A stretch of 64,000 nucleotides of DNA from Octopus sinensis (lineage: Eukaryota). Position numbers and translations under genes: made by a program. How positions within the stretch are numbered: the stretch's first letter is position 1; the number at the start of each line of letters is the position of its first letter. The DNA lies in contig NC_043012.1 of the NCBI RefSeq assembly GCF_006345805.1, positions 9,734,001 through 9,798,000 on the forward strand. Reading direction: 5' to 3'. Under the pieces are notes generated by a model. It was not told where the DNA came from and ran no database searches. It was given only the letters and a program-made list of their open reading frames with translations. Below are positions 24,561 through 40,130 of the stretch, in pieces.

Positions 24561-25118
24561 CTATGTATTTAAGCTATGTATTTAATGGTTAAGGTATCAT
24601 TGGAATCGACTCTCGCAAATATTCCTAACCGTGTTAAACTGTTATTGATTTCAACAAATATAGAATGCAGGCAAATAGAGCTTCAGTTGTTCATAAGATA
24701 TGGAATATCACTTGGTCAGTATTAATTGTCTTTAGGTGGAAGACCTGTTAGTTAGTGAGAATCCCAAAGAAATAATCAGTATAGTAATTAAGAAAGAAAT
24801 AACCAGTATATAAATTAAGAAAGAATATATTCTATTTAGAAAAGGTTGTTTGTCTTAGAGGAATCAATATTTAAAATTTAAAAATTAAGATAATTGCAAT
24901 ATTGTTAATATAAGCTAAAGTAAAGAAAAGGATTAAATCAAAATTAATTATAATTAATTCGAAAATAAAAATGTAATAAATAAATCAAGCCAACTTAAAA
25001 TAAATTAAAAATTAAATTAAAAATAATCAAATAGCTGAAAGTAAAATTTAATAATTTAATTATAGAGTTTTGGGATTTAAATAATAATAATAAAAACAAA
25101 AACAACAACGACAGCAAG

Positions 25119-25159
<41 letters not shown>

Positions 25160-25215
25160 CTACAACAACAACAACTACGACAACAACAACAACAGCAATA
25201 ATTTAAATGATAATA

Positions 25216-25751
25216 AATACCGTGAAGCAGTGCCAGGCAGTGGCTCTCATGACATCTGATCTTAACTGAGTGGAAGTGTTATCATGAACGTTGTTTTGTG
25301 TTGGTATAAAAGATGAGCTACAGCAAATATTCTGCTCAATACCAAGGATTTCTTGCTTGGCCATATCTAGTTGATCATGTCCATTAGTGGCTGGCGATAT
25401 GTGCATCTCTGATCTCGCACAGAATTAGTAGGGGAATATCAAAGCCATGTGCCGAGGGAAATTCTTTGGAGTTTGGATAATTCACCTTTGGAAACATGGG
25501 TGCTTCGTTCAACATCCTTAAAAAATCCATATTCAGGGACCTTTAGATCGGGATGGACTACTCAACGGGAAGAAAATTCTAACTGGATCCCACGTGTAAA
25601 ATCATGCGCTGTTTATTTTGATATGAGATCACCATGTCGTGCTTAAATGTACCTGGTGTAGCCTTATCAGACGGGTAGTCATGATATGTATACTGGGCTT
25701 CGTATATTTTATCTCAGTGTCACTTTGATGGCATGCACTGCTCTCTCACTC
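25216..25751 (+). mobile_element. ~540-bp non-coding dispersed element in an (AAC/AAT)n array, copy a
   Basis: Homologous to 27406-27771 and to 59302-59998 (reverse); the 5' end is shared by all three copies. Confidence 0.85.
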
Positions 25752-25753
25752 AA

Positions 25754-25850
<97 letters not shown>

Positions 25851-25851
<1 letters not shown>

Positions 25852-26303
25852 TGCAAATATCCTATGTTATTCTATGATTAAGTGCGAACATGGGATAGAG
25901 AAGAAGAAACAGGACATAGTGTTAATTGAGAGAGAAAGCAAACGATGCTGGATCATAGATATACCATGCCCAGCTGACAACAAGTTATGCGATGAGGAAG
26001 AAAGAAAAGTCGAGCGACATAACAGGTTAGTTTGGGAGAGTAAGCTGATGTGGTCGCTGAAAAAAGGTGGTAGTAGTAACAATAATTTTTGGAGCCCTGA
26101 GAACAGTGAATAAAAATCTTGAGAAGTACACGGAACAAATAGTGGCTGCAATAAGGATGGAGCACTTGAAGAAAACAGCACTGCTTCGAACCGCTCAAAT
26201 ACTCCGGACGGTGCTCGAGAAATAAGTGGTGCTACCTTAGTTGACTGGTAGTGAACAGCTGACACCGTAGTACATCTCCAGTGTTTGAAGCTGTGAAAAG
26301 AAA
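25851..26303 (+). mobile_element. 5'-truncated R4/Dong-type non-LTR retrotransposon 3' end (restriction-like endonuclease), frameshifted
   Basis: KKQDIVLIERESKRCWIIDIPCP...IIFGAL...TALLRTAQILRTVLEK*; flanked by (AAT)n and (AAC/AAT)n. Confidence 0.85.
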
Positions 26304-26323
26304 ACAACAACAGCAACAGCAGC

Positions 26324-27771
<1,448 letters not shown>

Positions 27772-28456
27772 AAGTATTGGTTATCCAGTGGACATTTTTG
27801 GTGATGGTTACAGTTGTGTAGAGAGTTTAGCTGTTATTGAAAGGTTTTTTTATTTGAAAACTTAATTTCCTTCTACTGTTAATATTAGATGTTGAGCTAG
27901 GAATCCCAGCTATATTAAGATGTTATACATCCGATATACACATTTTTTCCTATTCGAGCTTGGTACTTCACAATTATTATACGCATCGCTTGTTAGTTTT
28001 CTAATAGAGGTTTTCTTATTATTATAACTAGTAGTATGATCATTAATATCATCATCATTACTACCAACATTATTATCATTATTGTCATTACAGTTTCTCC
28101 TGCTACGAATATTGATTTCGAATTAAAGCGTTAGCACGCTGGGTAAACTGTTTAAATGTATTTCATCTACCTTTAATTCCGATTTACCTTTTGGGGTCAA
28201 TAAAATAAGTGCCATTTGAGAACTGGGTTTGATGTAATAGACTCATGAAATATACCCCTTTCCCAACATACTATCCTTGTATCAAAATTTGGAGCCAATA
28301 TTGATTTCAAATTTTCGCACAGTGGGCAAGTCGGTTACATCGTCCCCCGTGCTCAACAAGTAATTTGTTTATAGAGTCCAAAAGGATGAAAGGGAAAGTT
28401 GACCTCCGCAGCATTTGAAATCAGAAAGCAAAGACGGACGAAATGCTACTGTACAA

Positions 28457-28487
<31 letters not shown>

Positions 28488-29391
28488 TATTATCATTATT
28501 ATTATTATTATGATGATGATGATGATGATGATGATCATCATCATCATCATCTTCATCATTATTGTTGTTGTTGTTGTTTTTGCTATGTTGTTGTCATTAC
28601 TGCTATAAATATTTAAATCTCAAATCTCTACAAGAAGATGATTTAAATGTTTTAAACTTATTTAAAAGATATCCTTTAATTAATTGAAATTATTAAATAA
28701 TTTTCTCTTAATTTTTAATCTTTGTCAATTTTTAATTCATATTTATTTGCCTAGATTTATTTACTTCATATAATTTAATTCTTTCTCTACTTTAGGTTAT
28801 CTTAACTATAATGCAATTATCTTAAATTTTAAACTTTAAATATTTATTCCACTAAGAAAAACAATCTATTCGACATTAAATGTATCCCTAATTAATAAAT
28901 GCACTGATTATCGCTTTTAGGATTCTCCTTAAGTACACTTGTCTTCCACGCCAAGCCTCTATTTAAAATTGATACATATTAAGTAATATTCTTTAGAGAC
29001 CTCGAAAATATCTCTTATGAACACGTTTAGCAACACTTCTTGATGTCAATAACAGCTTAACAACGTAGAAATATATGCCATATCCTATTTCAAAGCTATC
29101 TTAACATCAAAATTCTTATGTAGGTCTGAAGGTACCTATTCCAAGTTTTGGACAAAATGTTTAAAGTTAGTACGAAATGTCTTCATTAAATTGTTCTCTG
29201 TTCTCCATTGCAAGCAGTGTGACAAATCTTTGAGACGGATATAAATGGTGTTAATTCCTCGATCTTTGTAAAATTTTACACAAATAGATATCGATTGATA
29301 AGTCTCGGAATTATGCAATCCCAATGAATACAAAACGCGCATAAGCTGTTGAAATATGTATAATTCTCCAATTCTTCACACTTTTGTGTTT

Positions 29392-29422
<31 letters not shown>

Positions 29423-29423
29423 C

Positions 29424-29712
29424 TTTCGGGATATCTTCCATTATAATTATTCTGTTGATTCAAGGAGCTGGAAATAAGAAGAATGAAATACCTAGGCGGA
29501 GTAAATTCAATAACCGTTTATTCACAGGTGCTTCAAAAGGGCGCTTGCTTCTTTATGCCTCCGCTACATAATGGAAGGATGGTTTTAATGATACTTTTGG
29601 GATGTCTTCTCCTTCCATTATAATTATACTGTTGATACAAGGAGCTGGAAATACGAAGAATGAAGTTCTCAGGCGGAGTAAATTCAATAACCGTTTATTC
29701 ACAGGTGCTTCG
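29424..29712 (+). repeat. Tandem duplication, period 177 bp
   Basis: GGAGCTGGAAATA...TTCACAGGTGCTTC at 29464 and 29641. Confidence 0.85.
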
Positions 29713-30204
29713 TATAAGGGGTTTGCTATCAGCAACCTTCTTCACAGCAGTGCGTAGCTCGTCTCCATGACAGTACTGCAGTCGTGGATCAAAAAGAGGC
29801 CGAGGAAGGCGAATGGCACCGCGAGTGTCACGTTGCTCTCAAGCAACTCTGTCGTCCCGAGTCAACATTAATACCAATGATTTCAGACCAATTACTGTAT
29901 GCATTCGTACATACATACATACATACATACATACATACATACATACATACATACATTACATACGTACGTACGTACAGACAGTCGTACACACAAACGAGCA
30001 AATTCTTCTTATGTTATCAGTTCTTTTGCCGAACCGCTAAGTTACGGGGATGGAAATAAGCTAACCTAACACCAGTTGTTAAGCGATGGCGAAGTATAAG
30101 CACAAGCACAAGGACGCAGACACACACATAGATATAGAAGGTATATATATATATATTTATCTGTCTGTTGTCTGTCTGTCTGTCTGCCTGTCTATCTATC
30201 TCAG

Positions 30205-30325
<121 letters not shown>

Positions 30326-30419
30326 ATCTTTGTTCTTTCTCTGATATAACTGTTTCCTTTCTCAATGAGTCTCTTCTATGCTTTGCTCCTCTTTCATTTG
30401 ATTTTCATGGATTTTTCAC

Positions 30420-30777
30420 TGTTCTCCTCCTCCACCTCCTCCTCTTCCTCCCTCCCCATCCCTCCCCCTCCCTTCCTCCTCTTCCTCTTCTCCCAACCCC
30501 ATCTCCCTTCATCCCTCCCCCTCCCCTCCTCTTCTCCCCTCCCCATTCTCTTCCTCTTCACCCCTCCCCCCCTCCCCCTCCCTTCATCCTCCTACTCTTT
30601 CTCTCTTCTTCTTCTTCTTCTTTTCTCCTTCTTCTTCTCCTTCTTCTTCTTCTTCTTTTTTTCCCTTTCTTTTCTGCTTCTTTCTTCTCCTTCTTCTTCT
30701 TCCTTCTTTCTTCTTCTTCTTCTACTTCTTCTTCTTCTTCTTACTACTTTCTTCTTCTTCTACTTCTTCTTCTCTTC

Positions 30778-30809
<32 letters not shown>

Positions 30810-31285
30810 CTTCTCCCTCCTTCTTCTTCTCCCCTTCTTCTTCTCCTTCTTCTTCTTCCCCTTCTCTTCCTTCCTTTTTTTCTTTTCTTTTCTTCCCCTT
30901 CTTCCTTTTCTTCCCCTTCTTCTTCTTTCTTCTTTTCTTTTTTTTCCCCCTTTCTTCTTTTCTTTTTTTTCTTCCCCTCTTCTTTTTTCTTCCCCTTCTT
31001 CTTCTTCTTCTTCTTTTCTCTTCTTTTTTTTTCTCCCTCTTCTTCTACTCCTTCTTTCCCCTTCTTCTTCTTCTTCTTCTTCTTCTCTTCTTTTTCTTTC
31101 CCTTTCTTCTACTCCTTCTTCTTCCCCTTCTTCTTCTTCTTCTTCTCTCTTCCTTCTCTTCTTCCTTCTTTTTTCTTCTTTTTTTTCTTCCCCTCTTCTT
31201 CTTCTTCTTCTTCTTCTTCCTTCTTCTTCTTCTTCTTCTCTTCTTCTCTTCTCTTCTTCTTCTTCTTCTTCTTCTACTTCTTCTA
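30420..31285. repeat. ~860-bp polypyrimidine (CCT/TTC) tract
   Basis: Almost pure C/T on the plus strand; explains ORF 30365..31375. Confidence 0.95.
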
Positions 31286-32184
31286 TTTGTGATCATCGTC
31301 GACTTATTAATATTTCTTTCTGCCTTCGTCTTCTTATCGACATTCTACTTGTGTCACGTACATTCTGCACCTTAACACTCCCTACCGACTCCACTGCGAC
31401 AACTCATTTTTTTTTCATACATATTTTTTTTTCCTTTACAAATTCCGTTAGTCTAAATGTTGAACTTCGTCCTTTTAACATAAATAATTTGAATGCCAGA
31501 AAAAATACTACGATTATTTCAATCAACAACACACACTCTTCACTACCTATTTGTGATGGGTATTACCGAAAGAACTGTATACGTTTTAAAACGGTATCTA
31601 CGATATATTATATTGTTATTTTAAAATTTCTTGAAATAACTTTCCACCATCAAAAACATTATATATTCATATATTTTAGATAAAATATTTTCTTTTATAT
31701 AATTCCTTCTACTTTACGTTTTTAATTTTTATTTTTCCTCCTAACGATCGTAGAAATGAGACATCTATAGATCACTGTTTATTATAACTCAACATCTATA
31801 TATAGTTTTCAGCTATGAACCTTTCACCTGCGATGTTAATAACCGGAGAAAGGTTAAAATAGTACAGTTTTCATAGAAATATCCAAGAAAATCTTTTTGT
31901 GTTTTGTTTATCTACTGATTATCAAGCTTTCTTGAATTCACAATTTCTTTGAAAAGGCATAAAAGAATACAATAAACAAATGCGGTATAAATGTTGTATG
32001 AATGGGATTCTAAACTAATTTACGAAACATTACAAAATGTTCTTTTACATATTCTCTTTGCTCAATGTACGTAAGTTTAGCAGATATCATGTTCGTTGAA
32101 ACGCCCACAAGTTATATCAACTGAGAGTTTTATGAGAAAGTCACCTTTTCTCAATTTCATTGATATACGTCACCTAGCCGGCAA

Positions 32185-32615
32185 AAATGAGATGCACCTG
32201 TAATCCAAAGGGCCAGCTTTATCCCGTTCTGTGTCATGCTGAATCTCTTTGAGGACTATGATAAGAGTTATGCGTATTTGTGGAGTGCTCAGCCACTTGT
32301 ACGGTAATTTTACGTGAAGGATGTCCTGTTGACCGCATCAGCTGGAACATTCGTCACCGTAACCGACAGAGAGCCAATATGTGTCAGTAGACTGCTATTG
32401 GTAGATCGATTTCACCCTAGCCAGTCTTGCAATTACTAATTAACTTTTTTGTTATTAATTACCCTCTCACTTTTAAACCATTTACATTCACTAATTACCA
32501 AAGTGGAGGCGCAATGGCCCAGTGGTTAGGGCAGCGGACTCGCGGTCGGAGGATTGCGGTTTCGATTTGTGTGTGTTTATTGAGCAAAAACACCTAAAAG
32601 CTCCACGAGGCTTTG
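32185..32615 (+). mobile_element. Family R SINE pieces: degenerate tail-2 fragment (32185-32380) and head fragment (32504-32615)
   Basis: Homology to 17116-17507 and 6436-6741. Confidence 0.7.
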
Positions 32616-33234
32616 GTAACTCTTTATAGTTACGCTCTCGGCGAACCGTTTATACGACCTAGTTATATTTCTATGGTGAAACCATTCTAGTTAAATTAGG
32701 ATACTAATATTAACACCATTGCCTGCCTCGTGCGAAAATTTGAAACCAATATTAATTGAAAATACATGAAAGTTACATCATCTCACCTTTTCCAGTACAT
32801 TTGAAATCTAAGATATATATTAATACCAATATTTCGTGATGATGATAAAAAATCAATGTTGGTTCCATTGCGTAACTAAGTTTTACTCCTACTAGTGCCC
32901 TTCTACTAAACACGATCTACAGTCATGTACGTGCATGCTTGCTTGAGCCCTTATCTTGTTATATAGTCAGAGCAGAGTACTCTGAAATAAGACAGAATAA
33001 CTCAAGCTACACTCCAGGTAGTTTGTTGTCTGCTGTTTCTGAACAGTGCAGAAAGTGCATAAATCTCTTTGTTTGACCTGTAAACGATTTAAGCATTTCT
33101 TCACTAACAAAGGTCGAGGTTGAAATTTCTCCTTTGAAGATTACTGTCAAGGCTTCTTTTACTGACTGGCTGTGCATGTCTGCCTTGAAGCGCGTAGAAA
33201 TGGAGAAGCATATGTATATGCATATGTGTGTTTA

Positions 33235-33266
<32 letters not shown>

Positions 33267-33339
33267 AGCACATAAATGCATACATATGCACACAAACACA
33301 TACATATATGTATATATAAATATACATACATATATATGT

Positions 33340-33398
<59 letters not shown>

Positions 33399-33505
33399 CA
33401 TAGATAGATAGATAGATGTGTGCATAAAGATGTATAGACAAGGATGATTACGAGGGACTCGTATAATGTACAGTCTAAATAAAATGTGTGAATGTGTGTA
33501 ACTGC

Positions 33506-34640
33506 ATTCAGGGTGCGGTGAATAATTGTCGTCTAAGTTACGCAAAAATGAAAATAACACTGACATCTTATTTTAACAGATATATTTACCAAGATTACAT
33601 AAAATACTTTGATATACTAAAGAGAAAATTATTCAATAAAATCGCCATTAACTTCATGCATGTCCTCCAGACGACTTCAAAATCTCCTACAACTCTACTG
33701 CACAGTTTCCTTGCTTAATTTAGTGTATGCTACCGTAATCCTTACCTTCAGTCCATCTTTGGTGTTACAAGGAGTTTTGTTGGTCTCGTGCTAATTGCTT
33801 CCCACACAATATAATCAAGGGAGTTGCAATCTAGGGAGTTAGGTGGCCAGATAATAGGGGTCATGTGGTCGCAGAAATTGTCTGACAGTCATGACTGTGT
33901 TCTTCATGCGTGGCATGGTGCAGAGTCCTGTTGCCAGACATAGGGTCTTCCAGCAGCCACACTCTTGAGCCAAGACAGCGCTACCTCCTCCAAGCACTTA
34001 ATGTAGGCATCCGTGTTGAGTCTGAGGCCGTATGGGAAAATGAATGGAAGCATAACGTCGCCATCACGGGCGATCAGTCCAAACACTATGATGTTTATTG
34101 GATGTTTGATTTTTATCACTCTCAGTACATGTGTTGTGGGCACTGCAAGCCGACGGTTGTTCTGTGTGTTCATCACATGATTCTGGCCGAAATGTTTCTC
34201 CTCTGAGAAAAACTAAAGCGTGTTTGGGTGGAGGGTAAGCTTGAGTTTGTTTAAAAACTTCGTAGCGTGGTCTTTCCTCTAGTCCTTGATGGCTTGGGGT
34301 AAAAATTGGCTCTTTGTCATCTTGTATGAGGAATACGGATTGTCTTCATGCAGTACCTGCCTGGTAAGAAACTCAGACGCTCTCATATTCCCGGCGTTGT
34401 ATCTGATTGATAGAGGGATCGTTGTTAATCATGGCCTGGATCTCACCAACAAATTACGGAGTTCTATTCTTATCAGAACAATCAGAGTCAGTTTTCCGAG
34501 CTGAGCTACCATACCTTTCTAATCACCATTCGAGACATCCGACTCTTTTCGAATCCTCTACACTTTCCTCAGATTGACACCCGAACACTCTGAAATGTCC
34601 ATAGTGAAGCTTACCATAGCGAAGATTACCTAAAATGTGT
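33506..34640 (-). mobile_element. Decayed Tc1/mariner-superfamily transposon, maT/DD37D-like
   Basis: FFSEEKHF...VFGLIARDGDVMLPFIF...WQQDSAPCH...WPPNSLDCNSLDY with stops (36 codons between the last two Asp in this copy); TIR-like CAGGGTGCGG at 33508. Confidence 0.85.
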
Positions 34641-36219
34641 TATCTTTGAATCATTGATGTACCTACGAGAGGTTTAGAAAATACGCAGTTTGCTGTTTAT
34701 AGCAAGTTCCGTTTTCAACGCTTTTATAAACATCAATTGTTCATATATAAATGTTTATAAACACGCACACACGCATACACACACACATGTACGCATACAT
34801 GTATGTATGTTCGTACGTATATGCATATGGTGATCAACCGTTGGAATATTTCTGAACATTTAGTACTTATCTTTATGTGACAATTGAACATTAGGATTCG
34901 ATTTGTGAGAAAGAGAACAGTAAGTGATCTGAATACGCCTCAGGTGTACAGTGCTGCCTCTAGTTACAACAATGTACTCTATGATTGGCACTCAATAATT
35001 TCTTGTTTGTCTTTTCAATTAACAGAATACTTGGTACGTTTATTTTATCACAAATACCTGTTTTCATTTGTCTTCTCACTTAATTGAATAATGCATTTCG
35101 TTAGATTTACTCTTCTTGTATAAATGGAACTTATACTGGTGTCATAATATTTAAAATTAGCGTTTCTAAATCAGTTGACTTTCTATTTACTGTATGTAAT
35201 GTTTTTTCGATAAGAACAAAATCCAATATTCTTGATTGTAAACGGATAAGATCTTTGCAATCGAATGTTTTTACTAATTGCGTACGAGATTTTTTTTCTT
35301 ACTGATTCAAACTATTTATCTTCGAAGAAAATCGCTGCTGCTTGTAATTTTAGACGCATTTGTTCTCCGTCGTTTATTTTAGTTGCTTATTTTATTGTAG
35401 TAAACCAATATTAAATACTTTCAACCTCTTTACTAAATCGGTGTGTCAAACTGATCACAATCTATTTGGCTCCCCTTATATGAAAGTTCAAATGTTATTA
35501 TGTGACAATTTTTGTATGGTGTGATTTGAGACTGCTGAGCAGATGTAAATTTGAAAGGAGCATCAATGATGATTCGACCTACAGTAAATGGATTAAAAGG
35601 ATTTTAGCTTAGAATTTAGTAGTATAAATTTTCGTGTTAATCCTAAAGTTTTAAGGCGAAGATATGCAAAAAAATAAACAAAACAAAAAGACTACAAAAT
35701 AAATTACAATTGATATAGTAAGTGGAGATAGGAAACAAAGAAAAATTAACTCAGTCCTAAAGCTAAAACAATACATACGCGAGTAATTCCAGATATAAAC
35801 TACAGCTTCAATGTAATGAATTAGAAATGAAGCAAATGGAAGAGGCTATGAAGTAAAATAAAAGAGAACATTTAAATAAATTCACAAAGCTAACGACACC
35901 AAAGTAAATATATATGGATTACGTTTTCCCTGCATACAGAGACGAAGTACAGTAGCTTAAACTGAATTAGGATAATAAAGAAAGAAGACGAGAGAGGAAA
36001 AAATTATGCCTTACTGTGGTTCAGGTTCAGTTTCACTGCGCGGCACATAAGTTGACTATTACTAAAACCGACGTGCCGACTAATGCCTTGTGAATGAACT
36101 TGGTAAACGGAAACTGTGTGAAAGCCCGTCCTATATACGTGCGTGAGGGTGTGTGTGCGTGCATTTTTAAGCGTTTATTCACAACGCATGAAAATCGGAG
36201 TTCGTTTGTCTACGATCCC

Positions 36220-38150
36220 ATTGCTTAGCTGTTCAACCTGAGTATTATGCATAAACTCACTTGAAAATTGTTTGCTCTTCTTCATAACAGAATGAAGCTT
36301 CTTACGTCTTTCATGGTTTTCAACGATGTCTAGCATCCAGTAGTTAGATGTTTCAATATATTTTCTCAGTGCAATTGTGGTGGTTTAGTAGGAGATTTCA
36401 AACTGGATCAAGTCTCGACCTCCTTGAGCTCTGAGTATGTAAAGATGATCTGCGTCTGCCTTTGGGTGTTGCATCTTATTGCAAGTCAGCAACTTACTGA
36501 ATTTCCTGTCGATTTTCCATTATTTATCTCATAATCCAGTTCAACACATTGAAACTGTAAATGACAACCGGAACTGTTAAGGAATTTATAGCTAACACCT
36601 TGTTACGAGCATTTAAACTAGGTTTTTAGGACCGCTCGAAATCTCCTGTAACACTCCTTCCTGATCTTCTCTTTTACCCTTGCATGCTGAATGTCAGAGC
36701 CCTAATTTATTCCGAGGTATTAGTAAGTTTGTTCCTGTTCGAGTTCTTTATGACTGTGTCAACATCCAACACTACTGAAGGTGAGATCTTCAGTTTCCAT
36801 TTCTGGAAAGTGGCCTTGATAAATGCGTCAAGGCCAAATTCCTTACCAGTATCATCACTGAATGCTTTTACAGTACGTAGTAGTATTTCAAGCTCATTGT
36901 CTTCTTTCCTATAAAGTTTTAAATCATCCATATAAAATAGATGACTTATTTTTTTGGCTCCAATTTTATATCTATATCCTGTTCTGTTAAATTCACTTGT
37001 AAGGGGTGTTAGGGTTATGAAGAAGATTAAAAGTGAAAGTAAGTCACCTTGGAAAATGCCGCAGTTGATATTAATAGTTTTGTGGCCAGTACTCCATTAG
37101 AATTATGCAACTGGAGATTCGTATTCCACATTGACATTTGCTTCACGAAGCTTGAAATCACAGGAGAAATTTTGAAGATATTCAGCGATTTCAAGATCCA
37201 TGAATGCGGTATACTGCCGAAGATAATTTTCTAATCAATCAATGCAGAACTGAGATTATTGCATTCGTTATGACAGTTCTCAAGGATCATGCGATTGATT
37301 AAGAGTTGATCTTTGCTTCCATATGAGCCTCGTCGGCACCCTTTTTGTTCAGTAGCAAAAATATCGCTGTTTTCCAAAAAATGTGTATGTTTTCTCCACG
37401 TGCATGGATGTTTAAATTTTATACGTGGCAGATAGACATTATAGGCCGATAGTTTTGGCTTCGTTATCTTTCGGCAGTAGGTAAGTAATACTTCTTGCTA
37501 ACCAATCAGGTGTTTTCGTAGGATCTCTCATAATTTCATTGAATAATTGGACTAACTTTTCGTGTGCGCACGGGAGCGAGTCGAGCCAAAAATTTGGCAC
37601 CCTATCATTTTCCAGATTTCCCCTGATGAGCTTTCGTGAGTGTCATCCTTAGGTCTGCAATTGTGATGTTTTCCATGCTTGTTCTGATAAGTTTGGGTAG
37701 GTTCCTTATCTGTATCAAATCCAATCTGCATTTTCATTTTTTCATTATATGTCTCTTCATTACTGCAGGTTTCAACGTTTCCATGGCAGTGGGGTCTTCA
37801 ACGGTTATTTTCTCCTTCCTTACTCCTCTGTAGGATGATTCTGCATTGGATGTGATCAGCTTATTTTGCTTTTAAAATTTGTTTCTCTTCTCAAATCGTC
37901 GTATTCTTTGAGATTTTGCTTGGATTTTACGTTGCAGAGTTTGATGAAAGAAGTTCTTCTCTTGGTGAGAATATATATGTTCTCTTCACCTTTCTTCCTT
38001 TTCTAGTTTTTACATTGTTTCCATAGATTAGTTCATTCAATATTGATATTTTAACTCTCATTATTTCAATCTCTTTTCCAGTTTGCAATTCTTCTCAGGT
38101 TTGAATTTCTTGTTTTTTTTCAGAGGCATACAACTGGTTTCAATTGTCTT
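36220..38150 (-). mobile_element. Decayed R4/Dong-type non-LTR retrotransposon, RT region
   Basis: QKGCRRGSYGSKDQLLIN, IPHSWI, GIFQGDLLS, HLFYMDDLKLY, HPKADADHLYILRAQGGR; many stops and frameshifts; starts at the (TAT)n array 38160-38270. Confidence 0.92.
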
Positions 38151-38212
38151 AGCAGGTATTATTATAATTATTATTATTATTATTATTGTTGTTGTTGTTG
38201 TTGCTGTTGTTA

Positions 38213-38254
<42 letters not shown>

Positions 38255-38472
38255 CATTATTATTATTACGATTTGTTGTTATTCTTTCTTTTCCTACGTC
38301 AAGTTTCAACTACTTTCCGAAACTTAGAATAGTTTTCATGAGAACGAGTGCTGTTCCATTTATTGCTGCCATCTGTGTATTTTCTATGAAGTTTCGTATT
38401 TTTCCAGGTTTACATGGAAGAATTTGGCTTTCTTTGAGATGCTCCCAATTGCACCGCGCACGATAGGTATCA

Positions 38473-38503
<31 letters not shown>

Positions 38504-38580
38504 CTTCTTCTTCTTCTTCTTCTTCTTCTTCTTCTTCTTCTTCTTCTTCTTCTTCTTCTTCTTCCACTTCTTCCACTTCT
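38473..38580. repeat. (TTC)n microsatellite
   Basis: Direct reading. Confidence 0.95.
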
Positions 38581-38720
38581 TCTTAGCGATATTTCGTCCG
38601 TCTTTACGTTCTGAGTTCAAATTCGCCGAGGTTGATTTTCCTTTCATCCTTTCCGGGTCGATTTAATCGATTGGTCCCCTCCCCCCAAATTGCAGGCCTT
38701 GTGCCTATAGTAGAATGGAT
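38580..38720 (+). mobile_element. SINE family 3 fragment
   Basis: TACGTTCTGAGTTCAAATTCGCCGAGG. Confidence 0.75.
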
Positions 38721-38946
38721 TATTACTACTATTTTTACCATTATTGTTATTATTATCATCACCATTAACACCGTTGCTGTCAACGTGGGTTTACTATTCC
38801 TGCTGTTGATATGATTAAATAAGTTCAGTTCGTTAATTTTCAATTGATCATAGTTCTTACAGCTATTTTGATAACATAATCATTCTCTCTCTCTCACACA
38901 CACACTTACACGCCCACAAACGTGCACACACACACGCATACACACG

Positions 38947-38989
<43 letters not shown>

Positions 38990-39609
38990 ACATGAAAATA
39001 TATAAACTCACATTCACACCTTCACATGCAAATACGAGAATTCCCATTTGTTGAAATATTACACGTTCGTGTAATTAACAAACCTTATTAAAATCAGTTA
39101 ATTGCACAGAAACATATCACGCAATAACCGCAGAAAAAAAATAAAGAACTCGATATTTCATTGACGTTATAGAGTAACAGTTGCATGTTTTCCCAAAGCC
39201 CAAATAACCTTACATTATTTTCTCCTCCATCATTCTTCATTCAATCTCTTCTCCACTTATAAATAAATATAAAGTAAATCTCATTGAAATAAAACCTTAC
39301 TCTCTAACCTTCAAAGTTTCTATGTGTAATAGCTAAGAGATCAAACCTTTCTGCTAGAGAAATAATTAACTTTTCTAAACAAAGAAAATGACCAGGTGAT
39401 GTATCGATTTTATATTTTTTTTGTTACTAGTATTGCTAATATAACATGATTTCTTCAAAACATCACAGGAACGATATTCTAAGTCAATGGGCGCAGATAA
39501 AAACCTTGTGGTTAAAAGAATTCGCATCTCAACACTGTTGTTCCGAGTTCGATCTTTTTCAAGGACACCGTTTGCAACCATCACTGAGCATATAGCCGAG
39601 TCGACTACT

Positions 39610-39874
39610 GTGTTACTCTTTTACTCTTTTACTTACTTCAGTCATTTGACTGCAGCCATGCTGGAGCACCGCCTTTAGTCGAGCAAATCGACCGCAGGAC
39701 TTATTCTTTGTAAGCCTAGTACTTATTCTATCAGTCTCTTTTTGCCGAGTCGCTAAGATACGGGGACGTAAACACACCAGCATCGGTTGTCAAGCGATGT
39801 TGAGGGGACAAACACACACCACACACACCACACACACCACACACACACACACAAACAAACACACACACATATTA

Positions 39875-39911
<37 letters not shown>

Positions 39912-40130
39912 GACGGGCTTCTTTTCAGTTTCAGTTCTACCAAATCCACTACAAGGCATTGGTCGGCCTGGGGCTATAGTAGAAGACTCTTGCCCAAGGT
40001 GCACGCAGTAGGATTGAAATCGGAACCATGTGGTGGTCGGCCTGGGGCTATAGTAGAAGACTCTTGCCCAAGGTGCCACGCAGTAGGATTGAAATCGGAA
40101 CCATGTGGTTGGTAAGCAAACGACTTACCA
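39610..40130 (-). mobile_element. SINE family 2 with an internal ~75-bp tandem duplication
   Basis: 39960-40034 repeated at 40035-40110. Confidence 0.9.

Noticed and set aside
25216-25751. Attempted HDV-like or twister fold at the ends of the 540-bp element
   Set aside because: Could not assign the required helices by eye; left as a computational test
30365-31375. 336-aa ORF, the longest in the track
   Set aside because: A polypyrimidine strand cannot contain stop codons; low-complexity F/S/L/P product
32990-33190. Minus-strand frame ADMHSQSVKEALTVIFKGEIS...LPGV*, vaguely hAT-dimerisation-like or exon-like
   Set aside because: Too short, with no diagnostic motif or compatible neighbouring exon
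37622-37650. CTGATGAG motif
   Set aside because: Lies within the R4/Dong RT coding region; no helix I/III or GAAA
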